Source of the DNA: Takakia lepidozioides
Lineage: Eukaryota > Plantae > Bryophyta
NCBI GenBank assembly: GCA_030704615.1
Contig: CM060734.1
Location: forward strand, 17,732,001 to 17,796,000
DNA: 64,000 nt
Direction of reading: 5' to 3'
Part shown: positions 1-13,208 of the stretch, one piece after another
Position numbering within the stretch: position 1 is the first letter of the stretch
How the letters are laid out: the number at the start of each line of letters is the position of its first letter
Made by a program: the position numbers and the translations under genes
Notes under the pieces: generated by a model
The model's database searches: none
Seen by the model: only the letters and a program-made list of their open reading frames with translations
Told to the model about the DNA's origin: nothing

Positions 1-57
1 TGAGCTGGCGAAGTCCGTGATGCAGGACTTGAGGATGGGGTTAAATCGCAGTTCCAC

Positions 58-1470
58 TTGCAAAATGGACTGCTCCGGTATAAGCAAAAGTGTCTCTACG
101 TGCCGAAGGGAGGGATCAGAGATAGCCTCTTGAGAGAATGCCATGATAGCCCGCTTGCGGGCCACGGCGGAGCCAAGCGCACTGCGGCACTCTTGAAGAA
201 AGAGTATTTCTGGCCCAAACTGAGGAAAGAGGCAGAGGAGTATGTCAAGACATGCACCACATGCCAACAAAACCGGAGCGAGTACAAAAAGCAAGTGGGG
301 CTGTTACAACCCTTGCCGATTCCAGAGAGGACTTGGGAAAGCGTCTCGATGGATTTCATGACTGCTATGCCGTTGTCAAAAGGATTCGATGCAATCATGG
401 TGGTGGTGGATAGGTTCAGTAAAATGGGTCATTTCATCCCCACCAAGGAGACGGCAACGGCGCAGGAAACAGGGCGACTTTACTTCGCCCACGTCTTAAA
501 GCATCATGGAGTCCCAAAGGATATTGTCTCGGACCGCGATCCAAAGTTTACGAGTAAATTTTGGAGGGCACTTTGGAAGAAGATGGGGACGAGGCTGAAG
601 ATGAGCACCGCCTTCCGACCTACGACCGACGGCCAAACAGAAAGAGTGAATTCCGTAGTGAAGCAGATCTTGCGGAATTACGTGTCGGCAGACCAAACAG
701 ACTGGGTGGAACACTTAGACGCGGCAGAGTTCTGTTATAATAACACAGAACACTCCGCAACGGGAGTTTCCCCTTTTGTATTGGTCTATGGAAAAGCACC
801 TCTGGTGCCGACAAGTTGGGCCGCCCAGGACGTTGAGGAACCGGCAGTAGCGGCGGTACTAGAAGAACGCGAGCGTTTGTTGAAGCTCGCAAAGTACAAC
901 ATTGCCAAAGCTAGGAAACGGTATGAAAGGCAGGTGAATCGGAAGCGGAGGGAAGTGAAGTTTGAGGCAGGCACGGAGGTCTGGTTGAACATCAAGAATT
1001 TCCGACTACCTCCGGAAGTGAGTCCAAAGTTCGTACCTCCGTATGCGGGACCCTTTCGCATCCGGAAGGTTATGAATGAGGATGTGTATGAATTGGAGCT
1101 GCCGGCAAACAGCAAGGTGCATCCAGTATTTCACGTCTCCCTTTTGAAGCCTTACTTCAAAGATGAAGCGCGTCCGAATCGGCATCAAGTGTTGCGTCCG
1201 CCACCTGTGCTGTTGGATCATGAAAATGAACCTGAGTACGAGGTGGAGGCAGTACTTAAGTCGAGGAGGTTCAAGAACCGAGAAACGGAGTATCTCGTCA
1301 AATGGAAGGGCTATCATCATGTGGAGGCATCTTGGGTGCGTGCCTCAGAAATGGGAAACGCATCCGAGGCGGTTGCAGTTTTGAAGGGCGACCTCAAAAG
1401 CGGAAGAAGCGTTGATGGGGACATCAACCTTGGAGCGTGGGGGAGGAAATGCATGCTTAGCCCGGCTTAG
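58..1470 (+). CDS. Ty3/gypsy chromovirus pol 3' part: integrase (HHCC, DDE, GPF/Y) + chromodomain
   Basis: HDSPLAGH..CTTC zinc motif; SMDF/SDRD/TDGQTER core; YAGPF; chromodomain EYEVEAVLKSR..EYLVKWKGY..SW. A 1-nt frameshift near 1380 relative to the right-hand copy. Confidence 0.95.
   Translation: MQNGLLRYKQKCLYVPKGGIRDSLLRECHDSPLAGHGGAKRTAALLKKEYFWPKLRKEAEEYVKTCTTCQQNRSEYKKQVGLLQPLPIPERTWESVSMDFMTAMPLSKGFDAIMVVVDRFSKMGHFIPTKETATAQETGRLYFAHVLKHHGVPKDIVSDRDPKFTSKFWRALWKKMGTRLKMSTAFRPTTDGQTERVNSVVKQILRNYVSADQTDWVEHLDAAEFCYNNTEHSATGVSPFVLVYGKAPLVPTSWAAQDVEEPAVAAVLEERERLLKLAKYNIAKARKRYERQVNRKRREVKFEAGTEVWLNIKNFRLPPEVSPKFVPPYAGPFRIRKVMNEDVYELELPANSKVHPVFHVSLLKPYFKDEARPNRHQVLRPPPVLLDHENEPEYEVEAVLKSRRFKNRETEYLVKWKGYHHVEASWVRASEMGNASEAVAVLKGDLKSGRSVDGDINLGAWGRKCMLSPA
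1433..1449 (+). promoter_or_regulatory. Polypurine tract of the chromovirus
   Basis: gagcgtgggggaggaaa lies immediately before the LTR-initial TG at 1450. Confidence 0.8.
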
Positions 1471-3041
1471 CTAGCTCAGGAATCCGATTGCAAAAACTTG
1501 TATTGTACAAAAATTTGTTATAAAGGAAATGGGTTCCAAATGTTTGTGTCATATTTGTTTGGAATGGTGATGCATGGTGTGGTTGGCTAGTGTGTAGAAT
1601 GCATGCTAGCTTACAAAAGTGGGAGAGGTAAATTGGGTTAATCGTGTGTTTGCGCAGTGCCGAAATCGGGTGACTCCCATCCAAGGGGCAAGGAAACATG
1701 CGCCTTCTTTGGGAGTTCACGTGCTAGTGCGCACCTGGCGCGTGCGCGTACTATAACTGCGCTACCGAGGTGGTTTGCCTTGTAGTGCGGGCTAACGCGG
1801 AAGCTATGTGCTTCCGTTCACGTACTATAATCGTGTAGCCTCGGGACGAAGTCGTAGTGCGGCTTCGACGTGTTCCCGTACCTCAGGCCAGCATTCCAAG
1901 ATAGACCCAATTGTAGTGATTGGGGCGCACGGTTGGTTCAAGGTTATCTTCCTAGTCAAAGGGGTTCGAGGTGAACCCTTGCGCAAAGTGATGCCAAAAG
2001 CGGCATCATGAGCGATCGCAAGCAATGTTGTTGCAGTAAGGCGATTCGATCCTCGGGGAGGATCGTCCTTGACCTTGAAGAAGGCCAAGAAGAGTGCACT
2101 GGGAGGAGCTTGAGAGGCTCCACCCCTGGCCGGGACTTGGAGGAAGTCGGCCAAACTAGCTAGTGGAGAGTAGAGTCAAGTGTGGGGTTTGGTTCTTTGC
2201 CATGGGACGCCATGGTACGGAAACAAACTCCTTGATGTGGGACGCCACAACTTGGATGTTCGTTTCTACAAAATGGACAAGTCGATGAGGACATCGACTC
2301 CCTGTTGGTAGGGGGTGTGTCGCGGCCCTTTGCCTTGAGGGCAGGGGGTCGGGACACATGAGGGGCTGCCCCTGTGGTGGGGGCAGCGGCAGCGATAGGT
2401 ATGGGGGGCTGAAGCACCCTTGAGTGCCCAAGGCACTCAAGGAGGCGGAGGCGCTCACTAGGTGGAGCCCCGCACACCGGGTTGTGGTGGGGGTGGCTCC
2501 ACAAGGGTGGTGGTAGCTTAGCGGGACTTAGTGGGGGTGGCATAGGACTCACCATGGGGGCGGAGACCTCGTGGTGGGAGTCGTGGGGAGTCTTGGGACT
2601 CATCACGGTCCATAGGGGCCGTGGTGAGTGGGCCAAGACTCACCGCGACTCATCACCGGGAGTCGAGGGTTTTCGTGGTGGTTCGCCATAAAATGGCATG
2701 GCTGGTTGTGAAACCCCCGCGGACAGCTACAGAAGTATATATAGGGAGTAGTAACCCGGAGAACGGTGCAAGCCCGTTGGTGACCAAAAACTAGTGAGTA
2801 AGCGTGCGAGCCGGAAAGCGACCAAAGAGTGGGGAGCTTTTCCGGACTGCCAACTACCAAAGGGAATTCCGCTGGTTCCAAATCGGTGGAGGGTTCTTGG
2901 AGAACAAAGGGGGACCGTTATGCCCCGGTGAGCAGCCAAAGTGCCAAGTTGGCCCGGCGGCCAGGTTGGGAGTCAGGCGCGCGCATCAAAGCGAGTAGCT
3001 ATGACTTGAGGGGGGAGCTTACCGAAGTGAGGTGCCCGACA
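1450..3041 (+). repeat. Chromovirus LTR (~1.59 kb, TG...CA)
   Basis: Starts tgcatgc after the PPT and ends ccgaca. A closely similar reverse-complement copy lies at 58553-60130. Confidence 0.9.
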
Positions 3042-3043
3042 CT

Positions 3044-3055
3044 TGGTATCAGAGC
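3044..3055 (+). promoter_or_regulatory. Primer binding site (tRNA-iMet)
   Basis: tggtatcagagc, 2 nt after the LTR end; the canonical plant iMet PBS. Confidence 0.9.
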
Positions 3056-3096
3056 TTAGAGTTCAGTACACGATCGTCCTTGGGATTGGCCTCATC

Positions 3097-3503
3097 ATGG
3101 GGTCGGGCAAGCCAAAGCGAAAGCGGAACGGCCCAAAAGATGATGATCCTGGTGAGCCCGATGGGGGCGACGTGTCACCGAGGCGGCCATTTGAGGAAGC
3201 GATGCATGTTTCTGAAAACGAGGCCGCTCAAGAGCGGGAGGAATCCGAGGAGTCGGAGCCCGAGGAATCCTTGAGAGCTCCGACAAACCAAGAGATGCCT
3301 CCCATGCCGGCAGCCTTTTGGGAAGGGTTGTTGGCGCAGTTTGGCGGGACGTTGAAAGACGTGTTGAAGGCGGCTAATGCCACTTCCACTAAGGCAAAGT
3401 TTAAGGTGAAGCCTAAGGAACCCGGCACCTTCGAGGGCGTCAACACCTGGCTCCTGGAGCTAGAGCAATACTTCCGGGCGGCCAAGTTGAGTGACGAGGA
3501 TCG
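3097..3503 (+). pseudogene. Truncated gag N-terminus of a second, tandem chromovirus unit
   Basis: Follows the PBS; KPKEPGTFEG-VNTWLLELEQYF is gag-like. Sequence switches abruptly to unrelated DNA at ~3504. Confidence 0.8.
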
Positions 3504-5650
3504 GCTTGGTGACTGCAGAAAATTTGTGGATTGGTGTCACATAAATTGTTTGTGGCCCAGAAATAGGCATGATCCACAAACCAAACAAAATCAAGCTAGC
3601 TTGCATTCCTGCGCCAACCCGCATTTCCGCCACAAGGCAGAGGAGGTACATACAACATTGTGGGGTCAACCGCTCGTCAACAATAAGGTCCCGTATTTAT
3701 TTGCGGCCATGTTGTACACAAAGTTGATTTTATTGCGACCAGTGGATTGGCAAACTGCCACTGCGAGACAGCGTACTAGACTATACATGTTCTCTGATAT
3801 CCCATACTTGTATATACGTTAGGGGTAGGACATCATACGGTTCGTTGGAAACGACGAGGTGGAAGAAGGAGGAAAGGCGGATGGAAACGACGATGTGGAA
3901 GAAGGAGGAAATACAGACCAACCTCCAGATTATATGCCGCAACAGGTCTCCGCAGCCGGGCCTTCAACGTCTGAGGTGGAGGGGGGCGAGGTACGCTCTC
4001 CGTTGGAGGAACAGTTGGCCGCACATGAACAACACATCAAAGACCTGCAGGACATTGTTCATTTGCAACGGTGGCAAATAGCGAAGTTGCTGGAAAGAAT
4101 GGGGTTGGGGACTCTTGACAGCGTACGCGGTGTGCTTCAGGACCCGAGGCCAATCACCAACAAGCAAGATATATTGGCGCGTTTGAATATGCCACCAATG
4201 GACATTGACCGCGTCATCGATGGGGTTGACTCAATCGGGCATGGGAATGAAGTGCAAACGTCTCAACTAGACCCGGCGAGGGTTGAGAAAGAAAGACTTG
4301 CGGCGGAGAGGGCAAGAAAAGGGAAGGACCCCATAGTGGAAACTGGGGAATGTTCAGCCGTTGCAAATTACATCGGCCCAAGAACAGGAATTAGAGCAGC
4401 TTGTGGGGGAACGCGAGCAAGCTAGGGCTGTTGCATATCGGTACTCAAATGCCATGCAAATCCGATCGTGGCCATGGTTGAAGGGGAATTGGTGAAATTG
4501 GGTGACATGGGCGGGCCATCTAGCATCGCGGGAAACACGGATAGAAGAAGCGTTGTCCTCCCTCCAACGTGCAGCACGTTTGTCAAATCGAAGCGTAGAT
4601 AGCATCTATGCTAATTTGCAAAGACACGACACTGTGCGTGATGTATTTACGTCAAAGTACACTGGATTCACCACATGGGGTGATGTGCATGCCATGTTTG
4701 AGCACTGTGTGCATACAATTTTCGATACCATACAGCATAAACTGGGATTTGGAAGTAGAGGAGGAGTGGGACACCAGGCCGAGGATGTCATCCTACATTA
4801 ATGAGGATAAACGGACGTGGATACCACAGAGCAATACAACGTCATGAGTAACAGATGGTACGGTGTGCACAATGTGCCTAAACCCTTATGGACCGGAGGG
4901 AGGCTATATGCTTGGTTCATGTGGCCATTTGTTCCATCCCACATGTCTCATATCGGCAGCCATGCGAGCCAGCCATGCCCTGACTGCCGTGGACCAATCC
5001 ATCGACGTTTCTACGAGTTTTTGGGTTGCAAGACAATATGCCCACGGGATCGGTACAACCGTACAACATGCCATTAGATGTATCGCCTTACGATTTTTTA
5101 AATTGGCAGCACTGGGGGAGACAATGACATGGGTGCTCCAAGAGAGATGTACGCCTTGGATGCGAAACATTAACTAGGTTAAAGATCCGGTGACCTTTGG
5201 GTGACATCCACTGGGAAATAACCGTGCGTGCTAGAGGCATACGGGACCCAGTCCAAAGGGAGTGTTTTTTGCCGGCTTGGGAGGGCATTGGAACTGTACC
5301 AGACAAAGATTCTTCCGACTGCCTGAGAATCCGTGGTGCCAGCGGAAACGACCCATACAATCGCGAACGATTGGGAGAGACCTATTTCCGAGGGAGTTGG
5401 AGGCCGCTAAGCATCCGTTGGGAGGATATGAATGAGACGTACTGGGTGCCTTGTCGGGATGACACTGGGACCTATCAGAGGGTACATTGAACACACTGGC
5501 CAAGTCTCAAAGCGAACGAAAATCATTTGGATGGGCAACCATCCGTTGGCCCATTGAACGAATTTCGATTGATCTCATATTACTCTGAGGCCTCTTCCAT
5601 GGTACATTGAAGATACTGGCCAAGTCTCAAAGCGAACCAAATCATTGGAG
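3504..5650 (+). pseudogene. Decayed coiled-coil + RING-H2 finger ORF, copy 1 (5'-truncated, probably TE-borne)
   Basis: CTMC...CGHLFHPTC...CPDCR across a frameshift at ~4865-4990; upstream coiled coil (LEEQLAAHEQHIKDLQDIV). Second copy at 14454-16100 plus 17625-18083. Confidence 0.7.
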
Positions 5651-5739
5651 GCAATGATTTATGCGTCGTTCCTTTATTGTGATTAATCGTTAATGGTGAA
5701 AATGATAAACCAAAGGTTCATTGATCAAAAAAAAATTGA

Positions 5740-6060
5740 ATGATTTGAAATTTTGCCAGTATTTCTACATGCCTCTTACATGGACCGGAGAAGTCGAGAT
5801 CAATAAAAATGGTTCACAGGAGGAAACCAATGGTTACTTGATATGCCGATTTCTGAATGCTTTCAAACTTTGCCATTGCATTGTACATGCCCTCTTAAAG
5901 GTACCGGACAATATGAGTTCGATTTAAAATATTACAATGGGTGAACCAATGGTATCTTCATTCAGCAATTTTTGATTGTTTTGAAACTTTGCCAGTATAT
6001 TGTACATGCCGTCAAACATGTACCAACAAGTAGAGGTCATTCAAAGGTTCAAAGGATGAA
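5740..6060. repeat. Three degenerate ~120-bp tandem repeats (aaactttgccagtatattgtacatgcc core)
   Basis: Core recurs at ~5748, ~5866 and ~5984; resembles a subterminal array of a DNA transposon. Confidence 0.5.
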
Positions 6061-6648
6061 CCTCGTATTTCCAAAAATTACGTAGACTATATAGTGGGTT
6101 GCACATTTAATTATTCGCAACCTGAGACCTTTGGCCTACTCCCTACGTTTCTAGCCTTTCTAGTCATCTTCATCTAGATTTATTACTTCGTTGTCGTCAT
6201 CTCCAGATTTTGATGAAGATGCTCCGAGAGGCATGCATTTGCTCATCCTAGGGGGCAGGAGGCAAGGCACTTTGCATCGGGACTAAACAAATTCATGGGG
6301 GCAAATGTAGTAATAAGCTGATTTTGTGTGCAATATGAGACCAACTCCTGTATATCCAAGCTGCTGCCAAGCCGGCCGCGCTTGAACTCCGACTCTCCTC
6401 CACACTCGCCTCCAGCACCTGCTGTGCATCACGCACTCGCTTGGCTAGCGCACCGTTCCTTCCAGCCACCGCCGCTGCGACTCGCTGCTTCTCCTGCCCT
6501 GCTTCTTGCTGCTCTCTCAGACGCTAATAAGCAGATGCAAACCCCACCTTACACAGAGAGAAAGCATGACCTAGGTGGAGAAGTCCATTCATGTAAGGAT
6601 AGGGAAGTTTCCAAAGAACTTTTCACCTTCCTTTGAATTTTTAAATTG

Positions 6649-6681
<33 letters not shown>

Positions 6682-7142
6682 GCCTTTTGATCTAATTTAA
6701 TGATTTAGAGCCTAATTGGTCATAACTTTGTCAAATGCCTTCGTTTGACTCAGTTTTGGGGGATAGCTGCAGAAAGGGAAATTTATCTATCTAGACCTGG
6801 TTTAGTTTTTTGGACTCTGGCTAAAACTCTATGGATTTTTTGAGTGTGAGTGTGCTATGAAAGATCCACAATTCTATTTCTAAAACTACTGTGGTCACCA
6901 TGAGAGACAAATATGGATGTCCTCCTTGTATGGCTTGGGGAAATGGGACGTAATTGAAGGGCAGGTCTCTTCTTTTAGCCTGTGCACAAAGAGGAAATTT
7001 TATGTTTCTCAAGGGGCTCAGACTGATTTGAGTGGAGAGCAGTTGGACGAGTTGTTGCATACTGGAGTCAGGCATTTAGCAATAGACAACAGCTTTGTAG
7101 TTGGCGTTTGAGGGCCTCAAATTGCTTTGGACATTCAAACTC

Positions 7143-8107
7143 TGTTGGAGCAGCATTTCTGCAGCTGTAGGTGAAATACCAAAAGTGGGTGAAGCTAGGC
7201 TTGGAACACAGCCAAAGACAGCCCCGGGGACCAGGTGTTCAGCCAAAGGCCCGTGGTGTACTGGAGCAGGGAGCAGGTTACACAAGTTTTTGCAATCAGA
7301 CATGGTTGCAGCGGACACGCTCTACACGAGCAACCACGAGCGGGGTTCATTAGCAATGAAAAGTTGTTCTGCTTGAAGGAGATGCAATCATTCGCAATGA
7401 GGACACCCGCACCGTCTCAAAGCTTTCGAGTTGAGAGCTGTCAGACCCACCTTTATTTTCTTTAGAGTGTTCAGTGAGCGGGAGATAAGGGAGTATTGCT
7501 TTGTCTCTCCTGGCAGAGAGAGGAGGAGGGTTGATTAGAGCGAGCTACTATAGCTTGGGATAGGGTAGTGGCAGTTTTGGATATAGATAACCTCCCACAC
7601 CTTATATCATGCATAAGCGAGGCACTTTGAGAGAAGTCTGGCAGTTGATAGCATAGATCAGAATTAGATCTTGCTTGTCAAACCTCTATTCTCCCCCTCC
7701 CTCTCTTTATATTTTCATTACTTTTACTTGTAGTTGCCAAAGCCTCTCGTGGTGGAGGCCAGTCAGTCCGGTTTTTGGCTGGGGTATTCTGCGGAGCAGC
7801 ACTGTGAGGGATTTTGGTGTGGGTGTTTGATGTTTTGGTTTCTTGTGTTTTGGATCCCCCCCACACCTACATGCTTGACTGTGCGCCATGTTGGTTTTGT
7901 GTGGGCGCTTGCTTTCATAGGGTATGGCCGGATTTGATCACCGTCAATCCTAAGATTCTGTCGGTGGTGAGGCTGGAGTGATGACCAGCAAACCACCAGT
8001 GTTTCTCTTGGTGAGGCTGGGTTGATGACCAGCCAACCATAGGATTCTTGCGGTGATGCAGGTGTAGGTGCCCTTAGCCACTGGAAGATGACCCTTAATC
8101 CTCAACA
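7143..8107 (+). repeat. Probable 5' LTR of the DNMT-gypsy element
   Basis: TGTTG...CAACA termini, followed by ggtgctcccc (possible PBS remnant) and atgtca, which matches the start of the inverted gag. No second copy and no TSD to confirm it. Confidence 0.5.
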
Positions 8108-8151
8108 GGTGCTCCCCATGTCACTATTAAATTAGTTACAGAGCCTTATAG

Positions 8152-8960
8152 TGGCATGACTTTCTGAACAACTCTGCACCGCTGATCACATGTACGTGCC
8201 CACATGTCGGATCGTCAGGTTGAGAACTATACAACTTCTCTATGAATGGATGCAGGCAAATCCGGCTCCGGCCAAAGAGAAGAAAGTATGGTGAGAAGGA
8301 GGCAAGAATGCTGCTTGCGAACCTGTAGCCCTGGCTAACTAAGGTAACTGAAGGTCCCAATCTCTAGGTGTCCCTTCTGCAAGCCATACTTGCGCAACCC
8401 CTCTTCACTGTCTAACAACCCTCTCTGCCAAGCCCAATCGGCCTCATGATGATCCCGAGAAGTTGGGTGCGTGGTCTACCAAGCCTTGTCACAGAACGCC
8501 TGAAAACTCCCCCAGAACTCTCTCCCTTGGTCCGTGAGTACCTCAGTTGGAGCACCGAATCGGCTAAGTACACATCCAAGAATGCATACGCAGCTCCCTC
8601 ACTAGCTTATCAGGCAATGGAACCAACTCAATCCACTTGGAAAATGCTCCACCATCACCAACACGTACTTGTTGTGGCGCTGGTCAATGGCAACGGCCCT
8701 GCAAAGTCAAGACTCCACCTGTAGCCCCATCCCATGATCAGAGAGGGTGCAATGGTGGTTGTAGGGGCGTTGAATGAAGCACGCCCACCCTGTCACACAC
8801 CATGCACCTAGCCACAAATTGTTGCACCTCTGTGTGCATACCACGCCACCAAAACTGCCCCTGCAGTAGACTATGAGTTGTGTTGCACCCTCAAACGCCC
8901 AACTCCTCATGGCATGTCGCACTAACCATGCTCGTTGGTTGGGTGAGGCACAATTCTCAC
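8152..8960 (-). pseudogene. Integrase core of the DNMT-gypsy (heavily frameshifted)
   Basis: GYRF..ILASFSPYFLLFGR and a frameshifted QRAELFRKVMP-like end; many 1-nt indels. Confidence 0.7.
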
Positions 8961-9361
8961 TCGACCATCTTCCTACACTCGAACAGTGTGTCCCCTCCCA
9001 CTTGAAACTCTTGGTTTGTTGTAGAATCCGATCCCTCTCCTGGCAGTCACAGTGGCTGCCGTGCCCCAGTGCGGAGATAGTCAACACAACTGAATCCTCA
9101 ATGTATATCTTTGGCGCCACCTTGCTCATTGCTGGCCTCAGGGTCCTCAGACACTCGGTCTACAGTCATCCTATTAGTCCAACCTGGCCTGCCGCTGCCA
9201 AGATACCAAAATGCCGATGCATGTCCATCCGGGCACCATCTCCTCGTCCGTCCGCACATGGCCACCGAGCTCCAGTGTCATCCTCTGGCTCGTGCATGGA
9301 TTGCGACTCAACCCCTCCGCAATCCCGATTGACCAAACCGGTCTGATGCACAACCTGAAAG

Positions 9362-10560
9362 TCATACTCTTGAAGTAGAGTGCCCACCGTCAAGCTTCCC
9401 TGTAAGCTTGTCTGACTCCATCAACCACTTGAGTGGCTGGTGATCCGTGACAAGGGTGAAGAGATTTCCATATAGATAGCACCTGAAGTGTGTCACGGCC
9501 CACACTGCAGCTAAGCACTCTCCCTCATATGAGCTATACTTAGCCTCTGCAGCGTTGTTCGAGCGACTGGCATAAGCCACTACGAACTCTCTTCCCTCAT
9601 CATCCACCTGTGTGAGCACCGCTCCAAGCCCTAACATGCTCCAATCTGTATGCAACTGAAAAGGACGCCCCCTGATAGGTCGTCTCAAGATGGGCGCCGA
9701 GGTCAACCTCGCCTTGAGCTCTTGGAAAGCTCGTTCTTGCTCATCTTCCCACTGCCACTCCTGGTCCACCTTGGTCAGCTTGGTTAGAGCCTTTGCAATG
9801 GCACTAAATCCCTTGACAAACCGTCTATAATAGTTTGCCAACCCCATGAAAGCTTGAACTCGGCTCACATCCGTGGGGCGTGGAATTTGTGCAATGGCCT
9901 CCACCTTAGTCTGCTGTACCCCCAATCCTCTAGGATATATCATGTGACCTAGATACTCAATCTGGTTGTGGAAAAACTTGCACTTCCCCGGATGTAATTT
10001 CAATCCATGCGCCCTCAAGCGCTCAAATACCACCTGAAGGTGTCTCTCATGCTCCTCCACCGTAGCACTAAAGATGATGATGTCATCTATGTAGCACCGA
10101 ACAAACTCCACCCTGCTAGAATCCTGTCCATGACTCTCTGAAACTTTGTAGAAGCGTTATTAAGCCCAAATGGTAAGAACCGCCACTAGTATAGGCAATC
10201 CTTCCCGTGCTCATTGATCCCCCAAAATGTCGTCTTCTGCTTATCCGCCTTCTTGATAGGCAACTGGTGATATCCGGATCGTAAATCCAAAGTGCTAAAG
10301 ACCTTGGCATGCCCAATGGCATCAAAGATCTCCTCTGGTGTTGGCATGGCATACCTATCGGGCTTGGTCTGACAATTTACAGGCCGATAATCACCGCACA
10401 TACGTCTCTCCGTCCAATTGCCATAGACATCCTTCTTGGCTGGCATCACTGTGGCTGAAGCCTACTCTCCACCAGCCTCCCAGAGGTCCTAAGTCCTCAT
10501 CCGAATCAAGGACCTCTCAATGTCACTGTATCTATAGGGTCTCCGAAAGATTGGCGTGTC
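9362..10560 (-). pseudogene. Reverse transcriptase + RNase H of the DNMT-gypsy
   Basis: [54 protein letters not shown]. Confidence 0.93.
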
Positions 10561-11004
10561 AGTGGCCAATTCAATGTGAATCTCTTGACCCTTCAGTGCT
10601 CCCAAGTCCTTCAAACTGAAGGCAAAGCAGTTCCTGTAAGCCCTCAAGAACCGCCGTATACATCGTCTCTTTCCTCCGGTGACTATGGGTCCAACATCAG
10701 GCTCCCAGTTGTCCTCCGTGACTGCAACCTTGAGTCCAGCAGGCTTAGAGGTAGAAGACGCGTCCCGTGGTTGCTATGTTGCAACCTCTTGAGCAGTGAC
10801 CACTGCCTGCTCTGTCAGTGACAATGTCTCATCTTGCCCCATCATCCCATCCTTAAGGTCCTCCTCAACCCGAGAAAAATCCCCAACCTCATCCATCACT
10901 GCCGCCTTGGCTGCCAACTCCTTTCAAACCTCGAGCACCTCCCACGTGTGCCATGGATGCGGCCTGCACCTCGTGGTCCTCACCTGTTCGCCCCCAGTTG
11001 CTGC

Positions 11005-11840
11005 CTATACCGTCTTGGTAGGCAGAAAGACTATCAAGGGAAATGTACTCCATACTCTGCGCTGCTCAGCCATAGCCAAGCTGATAATCCAGGTCAAGCA
11101 ATTGAGATCCATGGCTTGCCCCAACACCTGACGACGTGATGCCTCAAAAAGTGATGGCACCGCCGTGGTACCAGTGGTAAAACCCATTGCCCGCTTGAGC
11201 TCGTCAGCATTGGGCTCCACTAACTGCTGCAACTGGCTATCCCACAAGAGGCCAGGTCCACCATCCCGAAAGGCATGAGATCCTAGAAAATTGAGCAGTG
11301 TAGGCAATGCAGCTCGTGGGTGACCACCTTATTAACCATTGCCCAAAGGTGATCGGTCATCGTGTCTCACACGCAAAGACTGTCTTCTTTTCTCCAAAAT
11401 GTTATCCACCGTCAGGTGTGGTGGCCGCTGCACCCCATCAAATGCACGCTTGAGCAGTGCAGGTGGCATCAAGTTGGTCCACCATAGTCGTGGGTGATGA
11501 GCCCGTGACCCCACTTGCAGCTCCATCCAGCAACACTGCTAACCCAAGCCAAGACCGCACTTGATGCACACTGGCCATCACCTTGGCCCGAGAATCACCC
11601 ATCAATGGCACATTCTCCAAGATATATGTCGGAGAGTCTGTCTGCTGAAGCTGCAAATAGCGTAGGACCCTCAACATCTCCCAAAACAGGCGTGACCTTG
11701 AGTCTTGTAACCCATTGCCATGTCCGGCTGATGAATGCCCTTGGTAGGGCCAACCTGCCACTACCAAGTGAATAGGGTCAACCCGCTCCAAATCATGCGC
11801 CCCCAGCAAAGAGACGTCTGCTGGCAATGCTTGTGCTTGC
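11005..11840 (-). pseudogene. C5-cytosine DNA methyltransferase domain inside the retroelement polyprotein (inactivated)
   Basis: Motif IV LVVAGWPYQG (catalytic PC changed to PY); motif VI YILENV; motif VIII-like AHHPRLWWTN; motifs IX/X ELKRAMGF..GTT..RRQVLGQAMD. Motif I and the protease are removed by a deletion near 11840. Confidence 0.85.
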
Positions 11841-11849
11841 CCTCGTCTT

Positions 11850-13208
11850 ACACCTTGTGCCTGACCACCTCGTTCTCTCTGAGGTGCTCTACCTCGCCCT
11901 CGGCCACCATTGTTCCCTTGGAACTGGCCTTGCCGCAACTTAGGGTGCAAGTCATAATACTAGGCATCTCCATGCCCATACTTGCCATAATGCCCACACT
12001 GCAACTATGCAGGCTGTGCTTGTGCCGACCTTTTGCCACTCTCTGGGCAATCTTTCTTGACATGAGGTCCTCCACATGTCCAACATATCACCCCAGGTTG
12101 CTGTTGGCTTGCAAAAGATGCTACTGGCCTCTGCACCTGAGGTCCCCTGTAAGCTCCATGGAATTTGGGTTGGGCAACCTTGCCCACCACGCTGTTGGGC
12201 AGTCCCTTGTACCTGTTGGCTGGCAGCTATGCCTCGTGCAGGCATGTCCTTGCCAAATCCAATGGTAACAACTCGCTCCTCCACCATGTTGAGCTCAATC
12301 CGCTCAGCCAATAGAAACACATCTGCTAATGTGGGTTGGGCCGCTTGTAACAGGGTTGCATCCCGCATCCTTCTCCTGAGCTTCTTGTCCAAAATTCCAT
12401 ACCGGAATTGGACTGCCTGAGCTTCAGTAACCCCTTGGGTCACACTTATCAAGCGCCTCATACGAGTGTAGGCCTCTCGCAAGCTCTCACTGGATTTGCG
12501 CTGGAAGTCTTGCAAACTTCGCAGTTTCTCTGTCCGTACGCCTTGGTAGTTCGTCCGCAACTCCTGGAAGAACTCCACCACCGGGTTGAATCTAGGCACA
12601 TGTGTTGTAGTCATGGTAGGAGGAGTAGTAGCACCTTTTGAACTGGTACCACCTGCAGAAGTACCGGCACTACTTGTTCCACTACTAGTGCTGGCAGTGG
12701 GAGATATTGGTGTTGATGCAGCTACTGGTCGCGTCGTGCCTCGAGTAATGGAGACGTAGTCAGGTGACCAATACATCCTCCACTCCTCAATCTCTGCTTC
12801 ATGTCCTCGCCTGAACTCGTGGTAATCGTCCATAGGCGGGCCTTCCAAATGCTGGAACAGTCTCCACGCCATGAATGGGGTGAACAGCTGTGGATTGCGC
12901 ATTTGCTGCAAATCACACCAGCTGTCAAACTCCTGGATAAAGTCATCCAGCTCGATTGTGCCCATAGCTCCAGAGTACCTACGAGGCCCCTTGGTAGCTC
13001 CATACATCTTCTCCATGTCGTCCCACAACAATGGCGAATGAAACTGCACACCTGTTGATGAAGCCTCCGAGTCTGTGTCTGACTCTGCACTAGTTGAGGG
13101 TGGAGGTGAAGGTGGTCTGAAACGAACACCTTGTCTGGTGAACCCACTCTCACTGCTACTGCCTGTAGCCGTACTCCCCTCAAAACCCTTGGGTAACTCC
13201 GTGATGAC
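11850..13208 (-). pseudogene. gag of the DNMT-gypsy (capsid-like region + zinc knuckle)
   Basis: LQDFQRKSSESLREAYTRMRRL is gag-MHR-like; knuckle CWTCGGPHVKKDC. Confidence 0.8.

Noticed and set aside
6648-6680. Poly(A) run as a LINE or retrocopy tail
   Set aside because: No TSD and no recognisable upstream LINE or mRNA sequence.
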